60,942 bases of DNA from a virus (taxonomy: Duplodnaviria > Caudoviricetes), in the IMG/VR virus record IMGVR_UViG_3300036908_000165, positions 1-60,942 of that record. One strand, written 5' to 3'. Below the pieces are notes generated by a model. The model had not been told where the DNA came from. It did not search any database and worked only from the letters and a program-made list of their open reading frames with translations. Positions 46,841 through 55,783 of the stretch are shown piece by piece (within the stretch, counting starts at the first letter, position 1; each line of letters starts with the position of its first letter). Made by a program: the position numbers and the translations under genes.

Positions 46841-49696
46841 TTACTGTAAACTGCGACGATGCTGAATATACTGACCGAGCCCCAACGACTCTCCACCTGC
46901 AGCGACAGCTAAAGCAGCCGCAATCCAAGCGGCAAATTTTCGAGCACTCTCATGGTCCATGTTCTTCTTCTCGGCCTCACGAGCGTCGCTGAAAAACTTC
47001 TGGTACTGGGCCTCGCTGATCGAGCCGCGATCGTACAGCTTCTTGGCCGTCGACTCGGCGGCTGAGACGATCTGTTTCGGCGTGTTCTTCGGCTCGTTCA
47101 TTTCTATCTCGAGCCGGCGGATGGCGCTGCGCGCCGCAGTTGCCTTGGCCTTCATCGAAGCCAGGTCAGTGATATTTTGCTGCGTCTTCTTGAACCCCGG
47201 CTTGTCCGCGGCGCTCGCAGAACGCAATTCTTCGGCCTTGCCGGCTTCCGTCTCGGCTGTTTCTTCCGCCGCTTTCAGGCCGTCTCGCATCGCCTTGTAT
47301 TCCGGCATGAGCCCGGACTTCTCCAAGGTGATTCGTTTGTTTTTGATAAGCTGATCGAGAGCTTTCGAATCAGGGGTCTTCGGCAGATCGAAATCAAGCG
47401 CCCGCTTGACGGTCTCTTTCAAATCGGGCTTGACGGAGATCAACCGCTCCAGCGCCTTGCCGCCTTCTTCCGTCTGATCCGTGATCAGGTTCTTGATTTT
47501 GACGGCATCCGTCACGGGTTCGCCGGAATAAAGATCGGACTCAGCGGCCTTGGCGAGCTTGCCCTTGCGCTCGTAGATGTCCACGTCGCGAGACAAGTCG
47601 GCGTACTTCATTCGAGCCGTTTTCAGATCGGGATGCACGGTCTCCATATGCTCGACAAACTCGTTTCGAATGTCGATCAATTCATGCTTGACCTGCGACG
47701 TCGAGCCTTCGATTGCGGTATTGAGATTCTCGACGAAATCCCGCCCACGCTCTATAGAAACACTGCTAACCGTCGGGCCGCCTTTAACGACTGGCTTCGT
47801 GGCTAGCTTCGATTTCAGCGACCCGAGATCGACATCGAAGCGCTTCTCGATATCCGCGATCCTGCTTATCGCCGCCTTCGTATCGATGGACGGGAGCCCA
47901 TGATCCGACTTGACTGCGGCGTCGAAGCCTGAATCGGCGCGTCGCTTGTCTTTAGCCGCCTTCACGTCCTTAGCCATCACCTCTGAAGCTTCGGCTCCAA
48001 GCTTCTCGGGTGGCGTCGTCGGGCGCGCCGCGATCTCGGAGACCTTTGCCTGCCTGGCAGTTTCCGCCTCCGCCGCCTTCTTCTCTTGCGCGACTGTCGA
48101 CGACTCCTCGCCTGCCGCCTGCGTCTTGGCGTTCAGCTTGTCGATTTGCGCGATCTTCGCCGTCCGCTCCTTCTCGGACAGAAACTTGCCGGTCTCGGCA
48201 TTGACACCCTCGCGCAACTCTTTTGAAAGGCGCTCGGCTTCGCCGCCCCAGATATCGCTGACCTCCTTGGCGGCCCAGCCATAACCTTTCTTCACAAGGC
48301 TGGTGGCGCTGGGAATAACCGCTGCGCCGGCGCCGCCCATGACTCCGGTAGCCGCGATGTCTGTCAGCTTCTTCTCGGCACGATTCGTCGGATCGGTTTC
48401 ACCTGTTGGTTGAGCCGCGCCAAACAGGCCGCTCCAACCAGCAGCCTCGGCGATCTTTCCGGCCCACGGCGCAGCTTCGGTGAAAGCCTTGACGCCAGCG
48501 CCTGCCGCCTCGGCGCCCTTAGCAAGTGGCAGCGACTGTACGAGCGCTCCGCCGATCGACTGACCAATAGGTGCGCCGACGCCCTCGAGAGTTTTGTCCG
48601 CTTCGGCGGCGCCTTGTCCGATAGCTCCCGGCACGTTCTCCGCAACACCCAACACACCTTGTGTGGCGCCGGAAGCGACGCCCTTGCCAAGATCCTCTCT
48701 CGCCTGAAAGAACCGGCCGGGTGACGCAGCTTCCCAGAAGCTCAGCGGCTTTTCGCTGGCGTCAGGCGACTTCCCATATGGATTGTTCTTGCCGACATCC
48801 TGCGCGTAAGCCTCTTGCGGATCGAACGGAACCATCTTAGCGCCCGGCGGAAGCGGCGGAGCCTCAGACGCTGCGGCCTTCGTGTCCCCGTCCATCGGAA
48901 CAAGCTTGGCTCCAGGCGGAAGCGGCGGCGCCGAAGCGTCGTTCGTCGCGTCTGAAATCGCATCGGAAGCGACCTGAGGTTGAGAATTTTCGACGGATTT
49001 CGTCTGAGTGGCGTCGAAAGCCGTTCCGTCGAAGTCCTTAGTCATCATTCCGTAGATCTGGCTCAGATTCCTCGGCTGGTTCGGATCGCCGCCGTGAAAG
49101 AAGATCGTCGGATTGTATTTTGCTTCGAGCGGAAACAGCGCCGCGGCGTTGGTCGTCGGCTCAACCTGCATCGCTTTCAGAAATTTCGGGCCGCCCGCGG
49201 TCCCAAGGAAGTGCATCATGTAGAGGTTGGACGGCGTCGGATCGAACCCCTCTTTCTGCAGGACGCGCGAATTGTCGGCGGTCAGTGCCTTCATCGCCTG
49301 ATCCTGCTTGTCGCCGTTCCAGATATCCTCGGGCCGCAGCCCCAGCTCAGGATGCGCGGCGGCGACGCCCAGCCACGTCCGCTGCGTGAACTGGTAGCGG
49401 CCGAACGCCGTGCCGTTGCCGGCCATGTCGTTGCCGCCGCTCTCGCGCCGGCGCACGGTCGCCATATAGTCGCCGCCCGCCGGCTGCGCACCGGCGGGAG
49501 AGCCGCTCGCCGCCGGCTGCGGACCGGCGAGAGCGCCGCCGGCCGCCGGCGCGTTGAAGTAGCCCGGATGCGTCTCGGGCGTGATCTTGCCGGGCTTCAC
49601 CGCAGGCTGGGGAGCGGCCTCCGGGGGCGGCGCAAGAACCGTCGGCGCCCAAGGCGTCGTTTGGTCGAGCGCAGTGCTGTCATCCAAGAGGCTCAT
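46841..49696 (-). CDS. Internal virion/ejection protein with lysozyme-like domain
   Basis: RESGGND, AFGRYQFTQRTW, LYMMHFLG; 951 aa. Confidence 0.75.
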   Translation of the reverse strand: MSLLDDSTALDQTTPWAPTVLAPPPEAAPQPAVKPGKITPETHPGYFNAPAAGGALAGPQPAASGSPAGAQPAGGDYMATVRRRESGGNDMAGNGTAFGRYQFTQRTWLGVAAAHPELGLRPEDIWNGDKQDQAMKALTADNSRVLQKEGFDPTPSNLYMMHFLGTAGGPKFLKAMQVEPTTNAAALFPLEAKYNPTIFFHGGDPNQPRNLSQIYGMMTKDFDGTAFDATQTKSVENSQPQVASDAISDATNDASAPPLPPGAKLVPMDGDTKAAASEAPPLPPGAKMVPFDPQEAYAQDVGKNNPYGKSPDASEKPLSFWEAASPGRFFQAREDLGKGVASGATQGVLGVAENVPGAIGQGAAEADKTLEGVGAPIGQSIGGALVQSLPLAKGAEAAGAGVKAFTEAAPWAGKIAEAAGWSGLFGAAQPTGETDPTNRAEKKLTDIAATGVMGGAGAAVIPSATSLVKKGYGWAAKEVSDIWGGEAERLSKELREGVNAETGKFLSEKERTAKIAQIDKLNAKTQAAGEESSTVAQEKKAAEAETARQAKVSEIAARPTTPPEKLGAEASEVMAKDVKAAKDKRRADSGFDAAVKSDHGLPSIDTKAAISRIADIEKRFDVDLGSLKSKLATKPVVKGGPTVSSVSIERGRDFVENLNTAIEGSTSQVKHELIDIRNEFVEHMETVHPDLKTARMKYADLSRDVDIYERKGKLAKAAESDLYSGEPVTDAVKIKNLITDQTEEGGKALERLISVKPDLKETVKRALDFDLPKTPDSKALDQLIKNKRITLEKSGLMPEYKAMRDGLKAAEETAETEAGKAEELRSASAADKPGFKKTQQNITDLASMKAKATAARSAIRRLEIEMNEPKNTPKQIVSAAESTAKKLYDRGSISEAQYQKFFSDAREAEKKNMDHESARKFAAWIAAALAVAAGGESLGLGQYIQHRRSLQ

Positions 49697-49711
49697 TTTA
49701 GATCACGCTAG

Positions 49712-49843
49712 TTGACATCGAGCTTGATACCATGGTATGTAATAGCCGAGGCCGAGAAGGAGTGCAAAATCCGAAGAACGGCAGTTCTGGCTGACACGTA
49801 GCGCCAGCAGGCACGAGATTCCTTTGCAGGAGTCTCGTGCCTG
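49712..49843 (+). ncRNA. Candidate small RNA unit (promoter to hairpin)
   Basis: TTGACA at 49712; about 100 nt without a good ORF; strong hairpin 49809-49842. Confidence 0.35.
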
Positions 49844-49941
49844 ACGACCGCGCCATCCAAGAGGTTCATTTTAGTTCACCGCCCTTGACACTTAATCCAT
49901 ACCATGGTATCAAATCAACCCGACCAAGCACGGGGGTTAAA

Positions 49942-50235
49942 ATGGCGCTACGCTGGCAAAAATTTCACCACGGCATAACAATCTACCAACTTGTCTCGGA
50001 CACACGCTTTGAAGATGATAGCGCGCTCGTAGCTCTGATAGTGAAAAATTCAGAAGGCAGGTATGAAGCGAGTATCTACGTAGCTGGTGGCAGCAGAACA
50101 TCGTTCAAGCTCCTACGCGATTCAAAAGAGTGGGTGGAAAAAATGGTTAAGATTTTCTCCAAAGAATGTTTCGGGTCTGACGACATCGCTATTATTGACG
50201 ACATCGAATGGGCACCTCACCGAGCCGCCTCTTAA
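49942..50235 (+). CDS. Antisense-oriented moron gene with its own promoter
   Basis: TTGACA at 49885; AT-rich; 97 aa. Confidence 0.6.
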   Translation: MALRWQKFHHGITIYQLVSDTRFEDDSALVALIVKNSEGRYEASIYVAGGSRTSFKLLRDSKEWVEKMVKIFSKECFGSDDIAIIDDIEWAPHRAAS

Positions 50236-50261
50236 AAACAAAGCGCTGTCATCCAGCAGGC

Positions 50262-52184
50262 TCATTGCGCCGCGACCCCTTTAACCCACTGGTTATTAAC
50301 CAGCCACATGTAGCTACCGTCAGCAAGTTGCGCCTTGCTCGTGGCGCCCGGCGGCGCTTTCAAAGCGCCCTGCGGCGCGCCGCCAACCGCGGGCGCGGCG
50401 CCCGGCGGAGCATCATATGTAACCTTGCCCTTTAACTCCGGCATCGGCGGCGCGGGCCGCCCAGCGAGCAACGCCGACACCCGCTGGCGATCCCACTGAA
50501 CATATGGCTCGGCGACGGAACCTTTATCAGGATCGATGAACAGCTTTCGCATCGTATCGGCAGGAATGCCAGTCATGTCAGCAGCAGAAGTGTAGTGACT
50601 GAATTGCGTCGTGTAACCAGCGACTTGGCCGCCGAGAAGCTCTCTTACCGCATGAATGATGTCCAGCAGCGATTCCTTACCGCGAGATGGGTCGAACATC
50701 GCAGACAGCTTCTCGCGTTCGTCCACCGATAGATTTCCAGCGCCGGAGATCGCCTTAGCGATCTCGTTGCCGACAATATCGCCCTTGACCTGCTCTTCGG
50801 CCAAGTCGCTGTTGTTGATTTGGTTGGCGATTCCGACAAACGCCTTATTAAACAGGCGAATATCCGAGCCGTTCGGCAACGCCATGACCGCCGCCTCCAT
50901 CGAATCGAGATGGTTCACGGCGACCGTCAGATAGCGGATGCCTTTGGCGGACGGACCGGCTGCGGCGTCGAGGCGCTGCTTCTTTGCCGCGTCGTACCAC
51001 TGAGCGCTGAAACCGTCCTTGCCCTCTTCCTCGGCGATCTTGAAAGCGCGCGAATTTGTCTGCGCAAAAGTATTGTTGCGCGCGGTTACGGCAGCCGGAT
51101 ACATCTGCATCTTCAGCCCGACCATCAGGTGCGCATTCTCTTCGATCTGCTCGGGCGTGAGCGGCTGTGTTCGCGCGCCACCCTTCTCCGCGATCTTCAA
51201 GCGATCCTCTGCGACCTTTTGACGCGCCTCGTCGGCCTTGGCCTTCTCCTCCGACTGCTTGCCTTGCATGTCGATCTTGGCGGCGGCTTCCTTGGATTTC
51301 TCGACGAGTGCGGCCTGATCGTGTTCGATCTTCTCCCGAAGAGCGAGAAACTTCGGCTCCGCAGGATCGGCGTCGACCAACATCTCAGCCTTAGTGAGCG
51401 GATCCGCTTTGACAAAATCTGGATTGGCGGCTAGGGCCATAGCCGCAATCTTGCCGGCGTACTTTTTGTCAATCTCGTCCTCTCTGACCTTCGTCTGCTC
51501 GTCATGCCAATTCATCATATCTTCATGCTTCGCCCAGCCGATCACGCCGTTCTGTTCCATCACTTCCAACGCCACTTTGTCTTTGAACGCCGTGCCGAAA
51601 GCCGTGATGCGCGCGCGATAATCCGCCGTCTCTTCTTTGGTCAAATCGGTGTTGTTCCTGATTCGGTCCTTAACCGATTCGAGCACATCCTTGTAAGCGT
51701 CGCGTTGGTATTCGTAGAGCTTATGCGACTGGTCGACCGCATCCTTGTACTGCTCATAAGAATGCTTCGCCTTATCGGCGTCTTGCTCTTTGAAAGCCTT
51801 CATCACAGCAGCGCCGGCGTTCATCGCCGTCGTCATCGGCGTGCGCGTGAAGTGCGAAGCCAACATGGCGAAACCCATCGCCAACGAACCCCACGCTTCA
51901 AGCGGAGTCGTCTCTTTCGGCGGCGCATATGGCGGCTGCGGCTTGTAGGCTGGCGGTACATTCTTAGCGGAGAAATCGTCCTCGATCCGCTGATTGTCGG
52001 CCTTGGCCTTCTCCAGCTTCGCGTCGTGCTCCGCCGTCGCCGCGTCGATCTTGCTGCTGAATTCCTCGAAACCCTTGTCCAAGTCGGTGTGCAAATCGGC
52101 AAGCGGGCTCGGCTGCGACGAGAGCGCCGCAGCGGCGCTACCGGAAGAGAACGGGTCGGCGGCGAGCGGAAAAGCGGTCGGCAT
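50262..52184 (-). CDS. Internal virion/ejection protein
   Basis: 640-aa helical, charged protein in the ejection cluster. Confidence 0.6.
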   Translation of the reverse strand: MPTAFPLAADPFSSGSAAAALSSQPSPLADLHTDLDKGFEEFSSKIDAATAEHDAKLEKAKADNQRIEDDFSAKNVPPAYKPQPPYAPPKETTPLEAWGSLAMGFAMLASHFTRTPMTTAMNAGAAVMKAFKEQDADKAKHSYEQYKDAVDQSHKLYEYQRDAYKDVLESVKDRIRNNTDLTKEETADYRARITAFGTAFKDKVALEVMEQNGVIGWAKHEDMMNWHDEQTKVREDEIDKKYAGKIAAMALAANPDFVKADPLTKAEMLVDADPAEPKFLALREKIEHDQAALVEKSKEAAAKIDMQGKQSEEKAKADEARQKVAEDRLKIAEKGGARTQPLTPEQIEENAHLMVGLKMQMYPAAVTARNNTFAQTNSRAFKIAEEEGKDGFSAQWYDAAKKQRLDAAAGPSAKGIRYLTVAVNHLDSMEAAVMALPNGSDIRLFNKAFVGIANQINNSDLAEEQVKGDIVGNEIAKAISGAGNLSVDEREKLSAMFDPSRGKESLLDIIHAVRELLGGQVAGYTTQFSHYTSAADMTGIPADTMRKLFIDPDKGSVAEPYVQWDRQRVSALLAGRPAPPMPELKGKVTYDAPPGAAPAVGGAPQGALKAPPGATSKAQLADGSYMWLVNNQWVKGVAAQ

Positions 52185-52187
52185 CGA

Positions 52188-52397
52188 TCACCCCGTTGCT
52201 GTCGGCGCAGACTTGAGGCCCATGCCGGCCAAATCACCAGTGGTGTTAGCTGCTAATTTATCTAGCCTGTCCCTGTACCATTTCCTGTACAGGTCGAGCA
52301 CATCGCTATTCGACAAAACAAACTCAGCTAGTTCATCTTGCCTAATTTTAACATTCGCTGGTAAATTGTACCAGTCCAGAGGAATCTTAGCGGTCAT
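52188..52397 (-). CDS. AT-rich inserted ORF ending in the duplicated tail
   Basis: Ends in AGMGLKSAPTATG, as does 52688-53902. Confidence 0.55.
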   Translation of the reverse strand: MTAKIPLDWYNLPANVKIRQDELAEFVLSNSDVLDLYRKWYRDRLDKLAANTTGDLAGMGLKSAPTATG

Positions 52398-52404
52398 GCA
52401 TCAC

Positions 52405-52671
52405 CTAGTCTCTTTTATCTTCTTGAATCATCACGCCGTTGCACATGAAAAGATGTGCATCTTTTCTAATCCCGTTCACTTCACAAAACACATCTCTTAT
52501 GTGTGCGTATTGGTCGGTAGACAAAAGAAGCGTCGGCACCGAATCTTTTTCGATAAGTCCTGCCGAATCAAAAGTTTCCCATAGCCTCGCACAAAACGTT
52601 TCCGCGGACCTGACCAACGTCGCTTTCGCGACCTTTAGCGATAATGCGCGAAACTCTGCAAAAACGTCCAT
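52405..52671 (-). CDS. AT-rich inserted ORF
   Basis: CAGGAG RBS. Confidence 0.6.
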   Translation of the reverse strand: MDVFAEFRALSLKVAKATLVRSAETFCARLWETFDSAGLIEKDSVPTLLLSTDQYAHIRDVFCEVNGIRKDAHLFMCNGVMIQEDKRD

Positions 52672-52687
52672 TCTACTCGCTCCTGTG

Positions 52688-53902
52688 TCACCCCGTAGCT
52701 GTCGGCGCAGACTTGAGCCCCATGCCGGCCATCGCGCCGGCGAAATTGGCGATCGAAGTCGACAGCGCCGCGTCCTGCTTGACCGAAGCGTCCATCAGGC
52801 CCTGATAAAGCTGCGCCGAGAATTCGTTCTCGCTGATGCCTTGTTGAAGCAGGTTCGACGCAATCTGCGCGCCCTGGCTGACCGTCGTGGCGTTCAGATT
52901 CGCCAGATCCTGAGCTTCCGCGCTCGATCCGGTCTGGCCGCGCGAAGCGTACTGCGAACGAATTGTCGCTGCGGCCGAAGAATTTGCTGAGGCGAGGCCC
53001 GCCGAAACGCCGGGCGGCAGCGTGCCGGAAGTCAAGTAGGACTGAAGTTCCTGGCCCTGTGCCGACATCTGCGCCGCCTCGGCGCTGACTTGGCCCTGGT
53101 AAGCGGGCTTCTTGTCTCCTTGCAAAACTGACGACGCCAAGCCGCCGGCGCTCAGCGCCATCGGCCCATAGGATTTCAGCATGCCAAGCACACCAGCGTC
53201 GGTCGGCGGCGGCGCCGGCGGCGCTGCCGGCGGCGGCGCTGCCGGCGCTGCAGCGCCCGGCGCCGCGGCGAGGCCCGTCGGCGCGCTCGACGCCCCGAGC
53301 GCCGAGTCGGCCGTGGATCCGGTCAAGCCACCGCCACCGCCGGCGCCGGTCAGCGATGAATCACCAAGGCCAAACTCGCCGGTAGCGCTCGGCGCCGCCG
53401 CGGCGCCGGCAGGCGCAGCAGCGCCGGCAGCCGAGCCGGCCGGAGCGCCCGCGCCCGGCACGGCGCCTGTGGCGGCCGTCGTCGGCGCCACCGTGCCCGA
53501 CGCCGTGGAAGCTCCCGCAGCCGGCATGTCGGCGGCGGTCGCAGTCGAACCGGGAACGCCGGCGCCCAGCGCGCCTGCCGCGCCAGTGAAATCCGCCGCC
53601 GGCGTCGCCGCCAGCGAAGCAAACGAACCGCCGATATCGGCGGAGGAGAGACCACCCGCCGTCGCGGCGGCGTCGAGCTCCGGCGCCGCGGCAGTGAGCA
53701 TCGCATCTGTCGTCGCACTGTCGGCGGCAATCGTGCCGAGCGCCGCGGTCGTCGCCGCGTCAGCGCCGCCCGCCGCAACCGCGCCGCCCGCCGTAGCCAA
53801 GCCGGCGTCGGCCGCGCCAGCCGCGCCGGCGCCAAGCGCCGCGCCAGCGCCGCCGATGCTGTCCGTGATGGCCGCAATAAGCGGAACCGAAATGCATCCC
53901 AT
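52688..53902 (-). CDS. Ala/Gly-rich ejection (pilot) protein
   Basis: MGC start, low complexity, follows the GNAT-like gene as in podoviruses. Confidence 0.65.
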   Translation of the reverse strand: MGCISVPLIAAITDSIGGAGAALGAGAAGAADAGLATAGGAVAAGGADAATTAALGTIAADSATTDAMLTAAAPELDAAATAGGLSSADIGGSFASLAATPAADFTGAAGALGAGVPGSTATAADMPAAGASTASGTVAPTTAATGAVPGAGAPAGSAAGAAAPAGAAAAPSATGEFGLGDSSLTGAGGGGGLTGSTADSALGASSAPTGLAAAPGAAAPAAPPPAAPPAPPPTDAGVLGMLKSYGPMALSAGGLASSVLQGDKKPAYQGQVSAEAAQMSAQGQELQSYLTSGTLPPGVSAGLASANSSAAATIRSQYASRGQTGSSAEAQDLANLNATTVSQGAQIASNLLQQGISENEFSAQLYQGLMDASVKQDAALSTSIANFAGAMAGMGLKSAPTATG

Positions 53903-53904
53903 CG

Positions 53905-54375
53905 TCAGTCTCTCAGCCAGAGATAGTACTCGTGCTTGATCAGCACCGCTTTGAGCCGCCTGAACCATACTCCAAGACGAGCCCCGCGGCCAAGCATCCG
54001 GTGGTGCATCAGCGCGTAGTCGGCCCCCGCCATCTTAAGCCCCGGAAGCGAAAAAGTCAGCATCCGATAGCCGAGGCCGGCGAACCGAGGATCGATGTAG
54101 ATCGCACCCTGGTTCGCCACGATCAGCCCCTTCGATTCGATATCGGGCATCAGGCTCCACGAGCAATAGCCGACCAGGCGACCGCCGACCCGCGCCCCGG
54201 CCACACGAAGCACGCCGGCCTTCTCTGCGTCGATCATCGCCTGCTCGTCGATCTTGCACGGCCTTTTCTCGGCGAGAACGCCCTCGACCTCGTTGAAATG
54301 CGCTTTCGCCAATGCTTCGCCTTCGGGCCACGCCGATGCCCACGTCTCCCATGCGATAACCACTGGATCAGGCAT
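53905..54375 (-). CDS. GNAT-fold protein
   Basis: GRLVGY, IYIDPRFAGLGYRML. Confidence 0.65.
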   Translation of the reverse strand: MPDPVVIAWETWASAWPEGEALAKAHFNEVEGVLAEKRPCKIDEQAMIDAEKAGVLRVAGARVGGRLVGYCSWSLMPDIESKGLIVANQGAIYIDPRFAGLGYRMLTFSLPGLKMAGADYALMHHRMLGRGARLGVWFRRLKAVLIKHEYYLWLRD

Positions 54376-54943
54376 GAAGACCGACCAAAAAGTGCGCTTC
54401 CACCACCCTCTTCATCGCGGCTATCCGTTCTTGATTCACGGCCACCTCTCGCAGTTCACGCATGAAGTCGACCTGGATGTCGACCGACGCCAGTCGCGCG
54501 TCCCATTCCTGATCCCAAGCGCAGCCTAGGCAGTGCTCGAACACGCGACGACGATTCCTCGCCTCGCACAGATCGCGAAAAGTCACCGACAGCACGCCCG
54601 GTTCCTTTTCGAGCTCGTCGAGAACGGCCGCACGCGCTTCCAGATCGCCTTCGCGAGGAGCGACCCCGAACCGCGCCAAGCTCAGCTTCACGTCTTCGAT
54701 CGACCGCCGCACGACTGCGATAGGCGCGTCTGGAAATCTCTCGCGAAACAGCCGCCAGCCCATCATCGCACCCGTTTCGACCGTACCGGACAGCCCCTCG
54801 TCGAAGTTACGAAAAAACCCTTCGATCGAATCGCTTCTCGCTGCGATGTCGTGGCCCACCAGGAAGCGACCGTCGTAAGACAAATAGCGCGACATCCATG
54901 CCGTTCGGCTTCGAGGAAGAGCGAAGACGACGAACGGCTGCAT
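54368..54943 (-). CDS. Sulfotransferase-like P-loop protein
   Basis: FVVFALPRSRTAW, VVRR..DV..SL. Confidence 0.55.
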   Translation of the reverse strand: MQPFVVFALPRSRTAWMSRYLSYDGRFLVGHDIAARSDSIEGFFRNFDEGLSGTVETGAMMGWRLFRERFPDAPIAVVRRSIEDVKLSLARFGVAPREGDLEARAAVLDELEKEPGVLSVTFRDLCEARNRRRVFEHCLGCAWDQEWDARLASVDIQVDFMRELREVAVNQERIAAMKRVVEAHFLVGLHA

Positions 54944-54948
54944 AGTGC

Positions 54949-55191
54949 CTACTTACCCTCTGGACGAGTGTCTAATTTGGCGTCGATAAGGAGAGCCGCC
55001 ACGTCATCGACATGCAGACAATCAACCATACACGCGTAGTCGTTCGGCGGTTGAATCGCAGCGATATTGCCGTTGCAATAGTCGTTACCGGGAATAGCGC
55101 TGTGAAGCACGCCAAAGGCAACGATCCTACCGCTTTCCAACTTCACGATTTTGTCGCCATTTTGAGCTTCACGCCCATTACGATAATGCAT
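54949..55191 (-). CDS. Hypothetical protein (MHYRNGREA...)
   Basis: GAGGAG RBS. Confidence 0.65.
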   Translation of the reverse strand: MHYRNGREAQNGDKIVKLESGRIVAFGVLHSAIPGNDYCNGNIAAIQPPNDYACMVDCLHVDDVAALLIDAKLDTRPEGK

Positions 55192-55231
55192 GTTAGCACT
55201 CCTCTAAACAACCTGAGACCATCAGGCGTGG

Positions 55232-55564
55232 TCAAATCTCCAGTTTCAGTTCGGCCTGCTGGTGCTCTTGATAATGAAGCCGCACCCACGCCTCGAACTG
55301 CTGCTTGTCGCTGAAATCGACGTCCTGCAAGTCGCCGCTTTGCAATCCGAGAACGCCGTTCATGTCGCCGTGGAGCTGCGAATTGTTCTGCAAGAAATTT
55401 CCGAGCAAATTGGAATCGATCGGGTCGACCTGATAATCGCTCAGGTCGACGCTGTATTTTGTCTTGATCGCCGCGCGGATGCGGTCGTGGCTGTTGCGAT
55501 GGTCCCACGAAAACCGATTCCAGCCGTCTGGAGTTTCAGGCAGGTTTTCGAGCGCCGGCAGCAT
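55232..55564 (-). CDS. His-patterned tail-module protein
   Basis: Three HxxxH-like units; GGGAG RBS. Confidence 0.6.
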   Translation of the reverse strand: MLPALENLPETPDGWNRFSWDHRNSHDRIRAAIKTKYSVDLSDYQVDPIDSNLLGNFLQNNSQLHGDMNGVLGLQSGDLQDVDFSDKQQFEAWVRLHYQEHQQAELKLEI

Positions 55565-55565
55565 C

Positions 55566-55772
55566 TCACTCCCCAGTTCGATTGCTGCGCCCTGCCGGCC
55601 GCGTCGGACCGGGCTCAACCTGCGGAGATGTCCACGGCTCGTCTTTATTCCACCCTTCCCCCCGCCAGTGTGCAGTGCCGTTGGCCGTCTGCGCCGTGAA
55701 TCCGTTAGGATTCTCGCCGCGAGCGATCAGCTTTTCAAAGTCCATCTTGACGCCCTTAGTGCGCATGGCCAT
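55566..55772 (-). CDS. Small hypothetical protein
   Basis: GAGGAG RBS; MAMRTKG start. Confidence 0.55.
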   Translation of the reverse strand: MAMRTKGVKMDFEKLIARGENPNGFTAQTANGTAHWRGEGWNKDEPWTSPQVEPGPTRPAGRSNRTGE

Positions 55773-55783
55773 GGGGTTTCTCC

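Larger units (their letters stand above)
52188..52731. repeat. 44-bp direct repeats (52188-52231 and 52688-52731) flanking two AT-rich ORFs
   Basis: 42/44 identity; both mismatches synonymous. Confidence 0.92.

Noticed and set aside
49740-49843. tracrRNA or tRNA
   Set aside because: No anti-repeat complementarity and no cloverleaf or T-loop; I recognised no tRNA or separate tracrRNA anywhere in the window.
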